Positions 51,031-64,000 of a stretch of 64,000 nt of DNA are shown one piece after another. How positions within the stretch are numbered: the stretch's first letter is position 1; each line of letters starts with the position of its first letter. The stretch covers positions 224,566,001 through 224,630,000 of the forward strand of contig NC_058368.1 of NCBI RefSeq assembly GCF_018350175.1, written 5' to 3'. Under the pieces are notes generated by a model that made no database searches, was not told where the DNA came from, and was given only the letters and a program-made list of their open reading frames with translations. Origin of the DNA: Felis catus (taxonomy: Eukaryota). Both the position numbers and the translations under genes were made by a program.

Positions 51031-51740
51031 GCAACTTTCTCATTTTAGAACTATAATAGATAGAACTAGAAGGAACAGATTTTTTAAAGTTTCTCTTTTT
51101 TTCTATTTCTTGTGGTAGTTCTTTTTATACCTCTACTTTATTACTTCTCTTCAAATGGTTTTTGACTCTTGCTGATCTGTTAATGGGTATATGTGAGAGT
51201 CTACATCACTATTGGCAAGTGGGATGGGCTTCCTGGGCTGTTGCAGTACTTGGTGTTACCTGGTGATCCAACTAAGATCACCAGGTTTTAGAGCCCTGGC
51301 TGTAGAAAGCAGACTGGCCTGTGAGGCTGGTCGGGATCTCTCTGAGTTGGAGGGGATCTGGCTTTTGGTGAGGTGATGTCCCTTGTGTGCTGTGGCAGGA
51401 AATTACCTGGGGACCTTCCTCTGTTTCTCTTTCTGGTCTCCCTCTCTTTTGCCCTTGGGTTATTTATCTTGGTTTATGTTGTCTCTGTCTAAGGGTTTTC
51501 CTGTATATACACACATAGCTCATATTTTCTGTAGGTTACAAGTTCAGCAATTCAATTCTCTTTTTCTCTCTATCTTTTGTACATCTTCCTTTTTTAGGTC
51601 CACTAATGGTATCCAAGGAGGTTTCCTAGTGGCTATGGATTATCACTTATTCTTACAGTTCTTTCATTTTAGTTGGATTTTGGTAGTGAAGAAAGATGTA
51701 CCCATCAGCTTTTCTGAACCTGGGTCCCAAATCCATCTCT
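51031..51740 (-). mobile_element. Old L1M 5' region relic
   Basis: T-rich decayed L1-like sequence ending cagcttttctgaacctgggtccc. Confidence 0.4.
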
Positions 51741-52371
51741 AAAATTTACAATCAACTGTGTCTACGCTAGTGGGAAATCAAAATAATAATTATAGGGGCA
51801 AAAACAAATTCATTGATGAATACGATAATTAAGATAGATGGGCTCTTGGCTTTTGACTAGAGATTTGGACTACATGTTGAATGGAAATTGTTGCGATGAG
51901 GCAGTAGGAAACAGGCGGTGGACTGACAGGATATTTGAAAATAATCATTTACTTGGATTAAAACATATATATATCAGGCTGTACCATTGCAGCTCAACAC
52001 TATAGGGCCTTAAGGGAAGCAAAAAATAATAATATTTCATCACAACATCTTCTATCATCCATATGATGAGCCTTTCCACTTTTCTGACTTATAAATCAAT
52101 TCCCATGAATGCAAAAACAAAAATAAAAATTCCTCTCATTTTATAAATAATTGTGGATTATCGAATTTCAGCACAGAGGGATGAGTTAATGTCCTACTTT
52201 TATATTTTAAAAATTTATTTATTTATAAGACTTTTTCTTTATGAATCATGGTAACCCCAACGTTGCCCTTAAATGTTTCTCTTTTCTATGCAGGGATCTG
52301 GGACTTGCTTTCATTGGTGACCTGCTAATATTTTACTTTAGACAACTGATCTATATTGAACATAGATTCCA

Positions 52372-52600
52372 GGGGCACCTGGGTGGCTCAGTTGGTTAAG
52401 CGTCTGACTTCAGCTCTGGTCATGATCTCACAACACGTGAGTTCGAGCCCCGCATCCCAGGTCGGGGGCTGTGCTGACAGCTCAGAGCCTGAAGCCTGCT
52501 GCGGATTCTGTATCTCCATCTCTCTCTCTGCCCCTCCCACACTCCTGCTCTGTCTCTTTCTCTCAAAATTAAAAATAAACATTTAAAAATAAATAAATAA
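52372..52600 (+). mobile_element. SINEC_Fc-type SINE
   Basis: 15-bp TSD attgaacatagattc at 52355-52369 and 52601-52615. Confidence 0.96.
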
Positions 52601-54090
52601 ATTGAACATAGATTCTGAAACTATTATTTTTTGGTAAAATCCAAATATCATTTATCAATCATGATTTATCCATCCAGTATTTTTTCAAATGTTTGTCCTT
52701 GGTTTTAGAATGTGTCTGCTAGCTTATTTTTATCTTGCACACGAGCTCATTTTAACTGAAATTCTCATAATAGACACATTCTGAATATAATACCCATGAC
52801 CACCTCTATTTTCAGCATTCATTCAATTTTCTCTCTGCATTTTCCACCATATTGAAAAGTACGGTATCATTTCTCAAATGCGCAATCTTATCTGTATTTT
52901 TGTTTGTATCCCATATTCTTAATGCTGCTATTCTACCTTTTTCCATTGTTCTTTTCTCAAATGATTGAAAGGAACATCCCGAGGTCGCACAATAGTATTC
53001 CCCAGTCGAAAACAATGCCATTCGAAACTGCAGGATTATCACCCTTTCAACAGTTACTACTTGGCCCACTGAGCCAGTTCTCACAGGTTACAATTTCCTG
53101 GTGACCTTAGCAGAAAAAAAAAAAAAAAAACCTTCACACTTTTAGTACCCAATCCACTAAGGAGTCTCGTCCTATTGTCTCTTTGTTCCAAATTCAACCT
53201 AAAGCACCACGTCTTTTCCTCACTGGCTCACAATAGCGTGGTATCCCGTAAAGCATCCTGCTATCAGACTGCACTCACAGTAATTATCTTCGCCAACAAT
53301 TTCATTTTCTGCATTTTCCCTTGTGTCATGTCCTAGCAATGGTGTGTGGTGGGTTTTCTACCCAAATGGCTTTCATGCTGAACACATGCCTCAAATTCAC
53401 TTAAGCATTTGGGCAGCATGGGAATTATCTATTACTTAGGGTCCTCTCTCAGACCGTATTTCTATTAGTGAGACACTGACGCCCACCCTAATCAGAGGGA
53501 AAAACACGGTGTAAGGTCACTATGTGTGTGGGTTCAAGACAAGAAGCACTTGAATTCTGCAAATATATCAATGCAGCCTGAACATTTAAATCACTCAGCT
53601 TCTGCCAGTGTAATCGCAGCTGTGAAAATTGAATTAAGGTCTAATTTAGGTATCCTTATTTGACTTTGATCTTCATGTGCCTTTTCCTTTCCTCTTTGCC
53701 ATTTTATTCATTTATTTATTTTTAGCAAACACGTAGGACATGTATACCTTGGTGAGACTTTTTTTTGAAAATGTCCCATAATTGTGACAATGTCCAAAAT
53801 TATAGATGTCAAGTGATCAGGCAGGAAAGCTGTTCCATATATAAAAATTGCCCAAAAAATTGCCATGAAATATTCATATCTTACTACCTCTGAGCCAACA
53901 AATGAAGAAACGGGATGATGAAGACATGTTAAAATAAGCTTCCATTTCCATGTTAAAAATGTTGTCTTTTAAACAAGTATCTTGGGGAAAGGCAGAAGTA
54001 GAAGTTTTAAAGAAGCACTCATTGATTATCTTCAGTATAAGAGAAACACATTTTTACTCTCACAAAAAGAAAACTTGAAAATTACATATG

Positions 54091-54593
54091 CAGGTTTCCC
54101 TCACCATCTAAAAGTAGAGTATTCTTACAAAACCTTTAATTAGCTGAAATGGCATAGAGCAAAGATGCATATGAAAAAAATTTGAGCATTTCCAGACCCC
54201 CCTCCCCCCAAAACCGCCATTCTTAGATTTTTCTGATACCTTAAGATGCATCTCGGTAATGGAGGTAACAGAACACATCCAGATAAAGCCCAGCTGCCCA
54301 CAGACACGGTTCAAAGCTCTGGGACTAAACGCTGAGATGCTGAGTGTGGTTCTGGGGGTGGGGGGAGGCCGCTGGGTGGCGCCACTCCCGGTTAGGTGTT
54401 CTGTGTGCACAGCCTCTCTACAAAGCCAGCTGCAAAACCAACACTGGACATAATCTTTGCTTTTTGCCTTTTCCAGTAAAAGCAAAAATCCCCTTCGGGT
54501 TTCTTTCTGAGTAGTGAAAGCGGGTACTGATACAGGCCTCTGGAAAAAAACAAAGTGTCTTAAGACAAACTTGCAAAAAACAGGTGCTACTTG
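54091..54593. mobile_element. TcMar-Tigger non-autonomous DNA transposon fossil
   Basis: Left end caggtttccc, degenerate right end; internal cacagacacggttcaaagct, gctgagatgctgagtgtggttc and gtaaaagcaaaaatcc match a remembered Tigger-derived consensus (subfamily uncertain). Confidence 0.75.
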
Positions 54594-54737
54594 CATCTAG
54601 AGCCCCACCATCCAGATTTAACCTTCAATTACATTTACGCCTCTCTTTCTCTCTCTCTTCCTCCTTACCCTGCGCTAGTTTCTCTCTCTTTCTCTTTCTA
54701 GCACTCTGGTTGAGTTCTTACTTTTCAGAATGCTTTA

Positions 54738-54799
54738 ATTTTTTTTTTTAATGTTTCTTTATTTTGAGAGAGAGGAGAAAAAGAGAGAGGGGGAGGGGC

Positions 54800-54832
<33 letters not shown>

Positions 54833-55048
54833 ATCCCACTTAGGAAACCATGAGATCATGACCTGAACCAAAATCAACAGTCGGGCCCGTAATCGACCGA
54901 GCTACCTAGGCGTCCCCAATTTTTTTTTAAAGTAGGTTCCATGCTCTGTGTAGTGCCCAACATAGGGCTTGAACTCAAGACCCTGAGATCAAGACCTGAG
55001 CTGAGCTCAAGGTTCAGTCTCTTAACCGACCAAGCCACCCAGGCGCTC
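54738..55048 (-). mobile_element. Two nested Can-SINEs (54738-54917 inserted in the tail of short SINE 54918-55048)
   Basis: Outer TSD cttt(t/g)cagaatgcttta at 54721-54737 and 55049-55065. Confidence 0.9.
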
Positions 55049-55199
55049 CTTTGCAGAATGCTTTATATATTTTATTTAACATTCTGCTAACCAGAATATG
55101 CGAAATTTTTTCATGGTATTATTCCTTTAGAGAAGGATATAGACTATTTTATTCTACTGAATGGATATTGATCTGTGTTTCTCTTTTCTGATGCTGGAT

Positions 55200-55470
55200 A
55201 TTTGCATTTGGGGAAGAGACTTCCTTACGGATGACATTTTTAGCTGCAGGGGCCCATGCTGTGGCCCCTTCCTGATTCCCGTGATGTGACTGTGGGACTG
55301 ACAGTGTGAGTGAACACAGCCTCCCAGAGATGGTGGAGTGATCATCTGGATAGAACTTGAAACCCTGGTAAATTTGTGGTGTAGAGTCATTATATCAGAA
55401 GTAAATCTCCCAGCTCAAATGTTTATGAAGAAACCCCCATGTATTAAGTCACGATGAATCAGTCCAATCC
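55200..55470 (+). mobile_element. ERVL-MaLR LTR relic (old MLT1-like)
   Basis: gatggtggagtgatcatctggatagaacttgaaaccctgg...gtattaagtcac. Confidence 0.45.
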
Positions 55471-57719
55471 AAGATGGATGACAGTCAGGAGGGCACAGCT
55501 TTCCTTCCTGCTCTCATGTCTCCAGGCAGCCCTGCACCACCAGGCTTTTCACGTGGGAAGCAATTCTCATAAGAAACCAATGACTCACCTTGTTTCCTGA
55601 TGGCCCAAGTTACTTGCCTTCATTGGTAAGAGGTTCTCACATCATCTGCCTCTTCACATCTTATACTCACCTTTATGACTAGAAAGTCCAGACCTTTCTC
55701 TTCAAGTGCCAAGCCCTTCACAGAGGCTTTTCACTGGGCCTCCATTATCTTGTCTTTGATCCCATTTAATCCCCTTCCCACTCCACTGGTAATGCCATTG
55801 TATTTTTGGACCCCATTTGTGGACATACCCAAGTTCTTCCCACTGGACCTCCATGACTAATATGGATAAGTACTTTCGCTGGATGCCCACTTAGGTGACC
55901 TCAGACATTCTGTGGAAGTTAAAGATATATATCTCTTTTTTTCTCCCCAGTGAGAAATTTCAGAGATCATCTGGCATAAAAATGTCACACCCCAGGATTA
56001 GAATATGTATCCTGTTAACGGTCTACCCAGGACTGCACCTCACATATATTGCCTGATGTGCAAGGAGGCTATTTTGCTTATTCCTGAACTAAACATAACT
56101 TATGATTCTGAATTCACAACTTGATGTGAGTTAAGCAATATAGTAAATACATGCATTCAGAATGTACCAGGTTCTCTCTGCCTAATTCTGTTTGGGGCAG
56201 ACATGGCTAAAATTCCCATTATTATCTTTTGTCCTCCTAACCCCTAAGAAAGAGGACCCGGGAGTTCAACTGACACTTCAACTGCCAGCTAGAAATTACA
56301 TTTTTGAACCTCTCTTGTAGCTGACAGCAAGAATATGTAGCTAGGCTTTGAAGAAGGTTTTGCAGAAGGAACAGAAGTAGCATGTGTGAGTCCTAGGCTG
56401 CACGCTTTCAGGCAAGGTTCAAGGTGACATCAACCCTCGGCATAAGCCACCTTCTCATCATTAGCGAAATTCACTTTTCTCCTTCACTAGGTCTGTAGTT
56501 GGATGGAACACCGGCTTCTTTCCTTTCTAAAGTTCACAGAGTTGCCGCTGTGTCCTTCCCAGGAAAAGGCTACCACCTCGTCCTCACATCTCATTGTCAT
56601 GAGATACTCGGTGGTGATCGCTGAGTAGGATTCTCTACTTGGAGACCATTGCCTTCAAAAGGAATCGTTTCATGTTTTCTAATTTCTTGGTCCCTCCTGA
56701 GGTTTGGCCGGAGAGGATCTGAAGCCCAGAGATGCAATCCTGCTCCCTCTCGCCCCTCCCCTGAAACTGTCTGCTCATGTGTGGATCTTAATCACACACA
56801 TCACACATGGCACGTGGGAACATGAGGGGCCAACAGAGATGTGGGTACTCCAGAGTTCTAGGCTGTCCCTAATCTTTTTTGACCCACAGTTCCTACGTGT
56901 TCTTGACACAGCACTCCAGAATCTCACTCTTCCCCCCATTAGTCCGTATATGGGACGATTTTGAGGAAGCAAGAATGCCTTTTTGATTTCTCAAATCGTT
57001 ACACTGTCGTAAATGATTTCCTTGTGCCGCACAGAAAGAATGGCAAGATAGATTGGAAAGGAAAGAAAGAAAGGACATGATTCATATGTAACATCCCACT
57101 CTACCTCCAGCCCCTGCATGAAGCAAAGCAGGTTATCTCACTTTGCCTTCCCCCTTTTCCTCTGTGCCTGGTGCCCGGCTCCCACAGCTCCCATGACTGC
57201 GACCTTTGACCTTGGAGAGTGTGCCCTCTTTGGCTCCACAGAAATGCACGATGATCAGAAGATAGAGAGGAGGCAGGAGGTTAAAAGGCCAGGGGCAGAG
57301 GGAAGCCTGAGTGAAGGAAACTATCCATTTGGCTAGTGGGGAGCTGACGCAGAGAGCGAAAGGAAAGCAGAGAACCTCCTGGAGCCGGGAATGGCCAAAA
57401 GGCCTGCCGAGTGGTGAAAATTTAGAGGCTTCAGAGTGGGATAGAAATGACAGCATCTGGGAGGAAAGAAAACGGTATGAGAAGGGTTGCTGCACAGTGA
57501 TTTATTTACCTTTGAGACTTCCTCTGAATGCAAAGCAAGGATTGTTATTATTGTCTTTCTTGGAGTGATTGAGTGATTCAAAGGCACATCAGAACAAGGA
57601 CTGGAATTGTGTGCCTGACACCAGTAATGGGCTTCCACATAGGGCCTCCATGTGGGTTTTGGGTCTGAAAGGTCCAACCCTCAGCTCTACTCTCTGAGGC
57701 CAAGATCACTACCTTCAGT

Positions 57720-58550
57720 GTGCTACTCTCAAAACACATCAAGATCCTCACCATTCCTTCTCATCTCTTCTGCTTCCCCTTGACCCTCATCCAAGCTTTA
57801 TCATCGCCCACCGGGTTTATTGCCGTGGATTGATGACTGGTTTCCCTGCTCTGCATTGCTTTGGCTCCTGCTTTCCTGAGCAGATTGATTCTCTCAAGAA
57901 CTGATCAGCTTTTTCTTTTTTTTTTTTTAACACATCAGCCAAATCCTGTTGTTAAAGTGCACAAGACTCTACAGTTGTTTCCCATTTCAATCAGCAAAGA
58001 ATCCAAAATTTTGGCAAAAATCTGTAAGACCCTGAATGATTCACACTCTGACAGCTAGGGCTTTTCCTCCCCCACTCTGACTCTCACACCCTCTTCCTCA
58101 TCCATACTGGATATTTTGCTGTTTTACTGTTCCTCAAGAATGCACTAGCCTCAGGGCCTTTTGGCTTACTGTTTCCTCTGTCTGGAATTTTCACTCACTG
58201 TGCAGACAGGGAGCCACAGACCTCATTCTCTCACTTGTTTTTTTGTGTTGTCTTGTTTTGTTACAGATCTCTTTTTAAATATGAAACGATCAGGGAGGCC
58301 CATCCTGCCCACCCTATTTTGAGTAGCAAGCTTACCTTCTTTCCGTATTCGTGATTCTGCATGTACCTAATTTATTTTTTTTTTTCTGACAGCACTTATC
58401 AGCCTCTGACATATTATGCGGGTGCTTATTTATTTTCTTGTTTTCCATCATCCATGATGAGAATTTCAGCTTTATGAGTTTTCTCTTCTCCTAAATCTCC
58501 TGTGCCTAAAAAGTGCCTGACACTCAATAAATATTTGTTGAATGAAAATA
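57720..58550 (+). mobile_element. L2 3' region
   Basis: cctcagggccttttggcttactgtttcctctgtctggaat and terminal ctcaataaatatttgttgaatgaa. Confidence 0.85.
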
Positions 58551-59334
58551 AACAGCATCTTCTGAGAAAAGATGGTGCAGTGAGAGAGTGACCCAGCTTG
58601 AGCCACGTAGCACTCAAAAATATTACAAAGGCTTCCATTGAATTCTGGGAAGATGGTGGCAAGACTGGCAGAGTTCCAGAAACGCCTTACCCCTCTAGTA
58701 AAAAAATAAGCAGCACCAGTTGAATAGCAAGATCAACAGACCAAAACGTGACATCTCTGATGAAACTCGATGGCAACATATAGGCGGGTAGAGGCAAAGC
58801 AAGACAGCTACAAGGCCCACGTGTGTGAGTACGTGTGTATGCGGAAGCAGGGGGGAAACAAGAGCTATCGGGAGGATGAGTAAAGAGGAGAAGTCTTCTT
58901 CCAGTAAGCACTGACATCACTGAGAATAGCAGCCATGAATAGAAAGAGTTTCAGAAGATTCCAATTAGCAAATGGAACGCAAGAGGATCAAAGTGAATTC
59001 TGAAAGCCATCTGGGATCCAAGGGCTTTTGACACCAACGGTTTGAAGCGTTCTTACAAAACAAAGCCTAGCATTGAAGGGCAAATGATATGAAAAATATC
59101 CAAGGAAACAAAAAACATAGATGAAAGTGAGGAAGGAAGGAAAGAAGGCAAATCTCAGAAGGAAGGAGTACACTTTTTTGGTTGTCGTTCACTTGATGAA
59201 AACAATACAGAAGAATGCTAAAGCAATAGAAGTGGAAAAGTTATCCTGCCCTTTCTCTCCATTCTAAAGATACAGAAAAACGTATTTCACTTAAAATCTT
59301 TAACAAAAGGAATTGCAATCAAATTCTACATACA

Positions 59335-59535
59335 GGGGTCTGGATGGCTCAGTCAGTTAAGCATCCAACTCTCGGTTTTGGCTCAGGTCATGATGTCACA
59401 GTTCATCAGTTTGAATCCTGCATCGGGCTCTGTGCTGACAACGTGGAGCCTGCTTAGAATTTCTTTCTCCCTCTCTCTTTGCCCATCCCCAGCTTGCTCT
59501 CTGCCTCTCAAGAAATAAATAAACAGACATTTTTT
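59335..59535 (+). mobile_element. Can-SINE inserted in L1
   Basis: TSD ttctacataca. Confidence 0.93.
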
Positions 59536-59880
59536 TAATTTCTACATACAAATATCAGGCATAATAAAGTCCCTAGAGACTTTAAAAACACACCTCCCCA
59601 AACTGTGACCTAAATTTCAAAATGGGTTAAAGGCATTTAAAGGAATGGAAACCATGAAAGAATGACTTAATTCATATTGTTAAGAAACCTCAACATCGGG
59701 AAATTGCTCTAAAGAACGAGTTCTGAAGAGGGGACACAAAATTAAGGAGAAAAGAAAGGGAAAAGAAAAAAGATTCAGAAAGCAAGGGAAAACTAGAAAA
59801 AGCCCGAGAGCAAATAAAGACAATGGATACTGTCTTGGTTAGAGAAGATGAGAAGAATCATTTTTGAAATTTGAAAATAT

Positions 59881-60100
59881 CAGGTGCCTGGGTAACTCAG
59901 TCAGTTAAGCGTCTGACTCTTGGTTTCAGCTCAGGTCATGATTTCACAGTTCGTGGGTTTGAACCTCGCATCAGGCTCTGCACTGACAGTGTAGAACCTG
60001 CTTGGGATTCTCTCTTTCCTTCTCTCTGTCCCTCCCTTACTTGTTCTCTCGCTCTTAAAATAAATAAATAAATAAACATTAAAAAATAATAAAATTGAAA
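59881..60100 (+). mobile_element. Can-SINE inserted in L1
   Basis: gcctgggtaactcagtcagttaagcgtctgactc head, typical body and tail. Confidence 0.94.
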
Positions 60101-62882
60101 AATAAATGGAGAGGAATAAAAATGGATTTAAGATAAAGTAGTAGACATAGATGATAGTCAAAAGAGTCAACCTACATTTAATAAAAGTCTGAAAAGATGA
60201 AGCCAAAGCAATACAATAGACTCACACAAAAATTTTTATTCAATAGAATATTCATAAAATAAAAAAATAAACATTAAATATTTAAAAGACCAACTATATA
60301 CCTAAGAAAATTCTGAAACTTAATTTTGTAAAAGTGCATTTTACAAAACCAATTGTAAAAGCCAGTTGTAGATCCAGTAAAATGGAGACACATTCCATGC
60401 ATATGGATAGGAAGACTCAGCATTGTTAAGAGGTGAATTCTTCCCAAATTGATGTATACATCTGATACAATCCAGGAAATAAAATTGCAGCAAGGTCTTT
60501 TGTGAATACTGACAAATTGATTCCAAAATTTATATGGAAAGGCAAAAGACCCACAACTGTCAACTCAGTATCAAAAGGGATGAACAAAGAACAAAGTGGG
60601 AGGAGTGACATATTCACCTTCACTTATTATAAAACTACATTGATCAAGACAGTGTGGTAAGGGTGGAAGAACGGATATAGACATATAGATCAATGGAACA
60701 GAGTACGGCATCCAGAAATAGATGCATGCAAATACAGTCAACCAATCCAAGGAGAAAGAGTGTCTATTCAACAAATGGTACTAGACCAATGAACATCCAC
60801 ACTGAAGAAAGAGAAAGAAACAAACAAAGAAAGAAAGAAAGAGAAAGAAAGAAAGAAAGAAAGAGAAACAAAAAGTGAGAAAGAAATAATTTAGACACAG
60901 ATCTTACATGCTTCACAAAATTGAACTCAGAATAGATCAGGCCTAAATATAAAATGCAAAGCTATAAAACTCCTGGAAGATATGTAGAAGAAAGTCTAGA
61001 TAATTTTGGATTTGAGGATGACATTTCAGATACAATGCGAAAAACACAAACCACAAAGGGAAGAAATGATCAGTTGGACTTCTTTCAAATTAAAAGCTTC
61101 TGGTCTGTGAAAGGTGCTGTTAAGAAAATAAGAAGACAAGCCAGAGATTCAGAAACAATCTTTGCAAAACACATATCTGTTAAAAGACTAGTATCCAAAT
61201 ATACAAAGAACAGTTTAAAACTTAACAATAAGAAATTGAACAACCCAATTTAAAAAATGGGTGAAAAATATGAACAGATACTCTGTTAAAGAGTTATACA
61301 GATGGCAAGGAAACACATTCGAAGATGCTCAATATCATATGTCAATAGGGAATTTGCAAATTAATGCAACAATGATATACGACTACACATCTATTCAAAT
61401 AGCTAAAATCTCACACACTGACAACACCAAATACTAAAGAGGATGCAGAACAACAGGAACTCGCATTCCTTGTTGGTAGGAATGCAAAATGGTACAACCA
61501 CTTTGGAAGACAGTTTGATGGTTTCTTACAAAATCTGACATCCTCTCACTCTGTAATTCTGCAATTGTACTCCTTGGTTTTACCCAAAGGGGTTGAAAAC
61601 CCATGTCTACACAAAACCCTGCACATGATGTTCATAGCAGCTTTCATCATAACTGCCCAAAGTTGGAAGAAACCAAGATGTCCTTTGGCACATGAATTCG
61701 TAGACCGTGATATCTCCAAACAATGGAATATTATTCAGTACTAAAAAGAAAGAAACCATAAACTCATGAAAACACATAAAGGAATCTTACATGCATATCA
61801 GTATGTTTAAGAAGCCAGTCTGAAAAAGACTGCATGTATGATTCCTACTATATAACATTCTAGAAAAGGCAAAACTATGGAGACAAGAAAAAGATGAGTA
61901 GGACCATTCAGTGGAGGGTGGAATGGATGAATAGGCAAGGCACAGAGGGTTTTTACAGCTGTAAAATACTCTGTATGAAACTATAAATGAGGTTTATATG
62001 TCATTAAAATTTTATCTAAACCCATAGAATGTACCATACCAAGAGTGAACCTAACTGTAAACTACGGACTTTGGATAATAATGATGTGTCGATGTAGGTT
62101 AATTGATTGTAACAAACATGTAATTCTCTGGTGGGGGATGTTGGTGTCGAGGGAGCTCATGAGTGTGCGGGAGTAGAGGGTAAGTGCTCATCTTTGTTAT
62201 AAGCCTAACGTTGTTCTAAAAAATATTCTATTTAAAAAGAAATGAAATTTCAAGGCATGAAAACACATGGAAGAACTTTAAATGACTATTGGTAATGAAA
62301 GAAGCCAATCTGAAAGCATACATATTTATTATTCAAACTACATGATATTCCAGAAAAGCAAAGCCACGGAGACAGATCAGCAGAGGGAAAGGGAAGAAGG
62401 GATGGCTAGGCAGAACCAAGGGGATTTTTAGGACAGTAATGGTGGGTACATGTCATTATACGTTTGTCAATACTCATAGCATACGACACAGAGTAAAGTC
62501 TAACATCAGCTATGGACTTTTGTAGAATAATAGTGGATTAATATTTGTGCACCGGTTGTAACAAACGTAACACACTAAATACAAGATATTAATAATGGGG
62601 GAAGTGGTGGCAAGATGAACGGGTAGATGGAAACTCTCTGTACTTTCCTCTGAGGTTTTATGCAGGCCTAACACTGCTACAAAGATAACCTATTAATTGA
62701 AAAAAACATAAATACAAAAAATAACCTTTTCCAGAAAATAAAAATCAATTCAGTGTCCAGGCAAATGTGATTAATTCAGGCTGTCATCAGTCTCTGAGAG
62801 CGACTCTCTACTCCAGAAAACACTGACCTGGCACATTTAAGATAATATAGGGAAGAAAAAGTTTCTAAGGTATTCTGCACCA

Positions 62883-63134
62883 GGGCACCCGGGTGGCTCA
62901 GTGCGTTAGGCTTTTGGCTCTCGATTTCAGCTCAGGTCATGATCTCACAGTTTGTGAATTCAAGCCCCTCATCAGGCTCTGCTCTGACAGCACAGAGCTT
63001 GCTTAGTTTTTTCTCGCTCTCCCTGTCTTTCTCTGCCTCTTCCCCACTCTCTGTCTCTCGCAAAATAAATAAATGAACAAACACTGGAAGGAAGGAAGGA
63101 AGGAAGGAAGGAAGGAAGGAAGGAAGGAAGGGGA

Positions 63135-63186
<52 letters not shown>
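62883..63186 (+). mobile_element. Can-SINE with (GGAA)n(GAAA)n tail
   Basis: TSD att(c/t)tgcacc; tetranucleotide STR at 63086-63186. Confidence 0.94.
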
Positions 63187-64000
63187 ATTTTGCACCTAGC
63201 CAAACTTATTTTTATTTATTAAGGTCATCAAAACAAATACGTTTGAAAGTGGAAGCATTCAGAAAATACTATTCCTCGGAGCTATCTCATCAACTTACTT
63301 CAAGCCTGAAATAGCCAAAATTATTGAAGTGATCTCCACATGAAGACTGCCGAATTGTTTCTCTGGCAGTGGTATATTGATGGGTGTGAACATGGTGGGA
63401 GTTTCCATTCTGGGACAGAGGTGTATTTTATCATTGTAATTTTTCAACATTGCCAGGCCATGGCGTTAATAAAAATCAGACTGATTAGAGTCAGTTTCAT
63501 CATTGTGTACGTTCTCTATAAATAACGCACTGACTTCTTACTTCTACACCCAGGGCCAATCACTCCCACCAACAAAATCTGATACATCTCATACTTCAGA
63601 CAGTCCTTTGTAGAGTTTTAAAAAGAGAGAGAAATGTATAGAATATGCTCATTAACTGGAGGTAAAACTCTCCTTACTTCATGGGCTCTGCCCCCAAAAC
63701 CAGTTCCCTATTTTGAGCAATTTACAGGAAATCCTTAAATAATGGAGGCAAAAGAGTATTTACTATATGTTCCACAGCTGTTGGCTTCAGGACCAATTGT
63801 CTTCTTGGTAGAAGGAAGCTTGCAAGCAAACCAAACCTTCTAACAAACGTAACCACTTTCATTGGGGAAAAGTAAGATTCTGATTCAAAACATAAAGAAC
63901 ATAAGGAGATTGCATGAGAAAACCAATACTTGAGGATATTTATTGCTTTTAGAACTCCGGAAATGTTTTTATATCTTCTACAGAGCACTCTCACAATAAA

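Larger units (their letters stand above)
58640..62880 (+). mobile_element. Composite old L1 block: 5'/ORF1 relic, L1MC-type ORF2 3' half and two tandem 3' UTRs
   Basis: catatggataggaagactcagcattgttaag, gatcaatggaacagagtac, ORF 60954-61253 (QIKSFWSVKGAVKKIRRQARDSETIFAKHIS) is decayed ORF2; L1MC 3' UTR motifs at about 61740-62230 and 62235-62720. Confidence 0.88.

Noticed and set aside
52812..53106. Minus ORF with FSTGEYYCATSG, reminiscent of an Ig-domain YYC motif, downstream of a poly(T)-AG acceptor
   Set aside because: No upstream Cys/Trp of an Ig fold, no D-x-G-x-Y-x-C aspartate, and the acceptor cannot reach this ORF without a stop; likely chance
1..64000. Non-retroviral endogenous viral element, numt, processed pseudogene or prokaryotic-type system
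   Set aside because: No ORF or nucleotide stretch I can recognise as such; a tBLASTx of the repeat-masked window would be needed to exclude a highly decayed one

Overview
This is mammalian nuclear DNA from a felid (cat family), judged from the many tRNA-derived SINEC_Fc-type SINEs and cat-type L1 3' ends. It is AT-rich and repeat-dense and looks intronic or intergenic. By eye I count about 30 Can-SINE copies, including four near-identical young ones. There are also two young 5'-truncated felid L1 inserts, several old L1M/L2/MIR relics, ERV1 and ERVL-MaLR solo LTRs, MER5, MADE2 and Tigger DNA-transposon fossils, and many microsatellites. I recognise no intact, nameable protein-coding gene; almost all long ORFs in the track come from SINEs, L1 or simple repeats. 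The best gene-like signal is a chain of small + strand exons at 784-811, 1729-1768 and 1940 onward, with AATAAA at 2086, which may be the 3' end of an unidentified gene. Scattered minus-strand exon-like segments may be a lncRNA or pseudo-exons. I find no convincing new biological system. The most unusual items are a templated-insertion-like repeat scramble (31213-31335), a strand-specific 20-bp hairpin (28977-29041), four co-oriented CTCF-like motifs, two CpG-retaining patches and several nested insertions. Repeat family names come from remembered consensus sequences and old-element boundaries are approximate.
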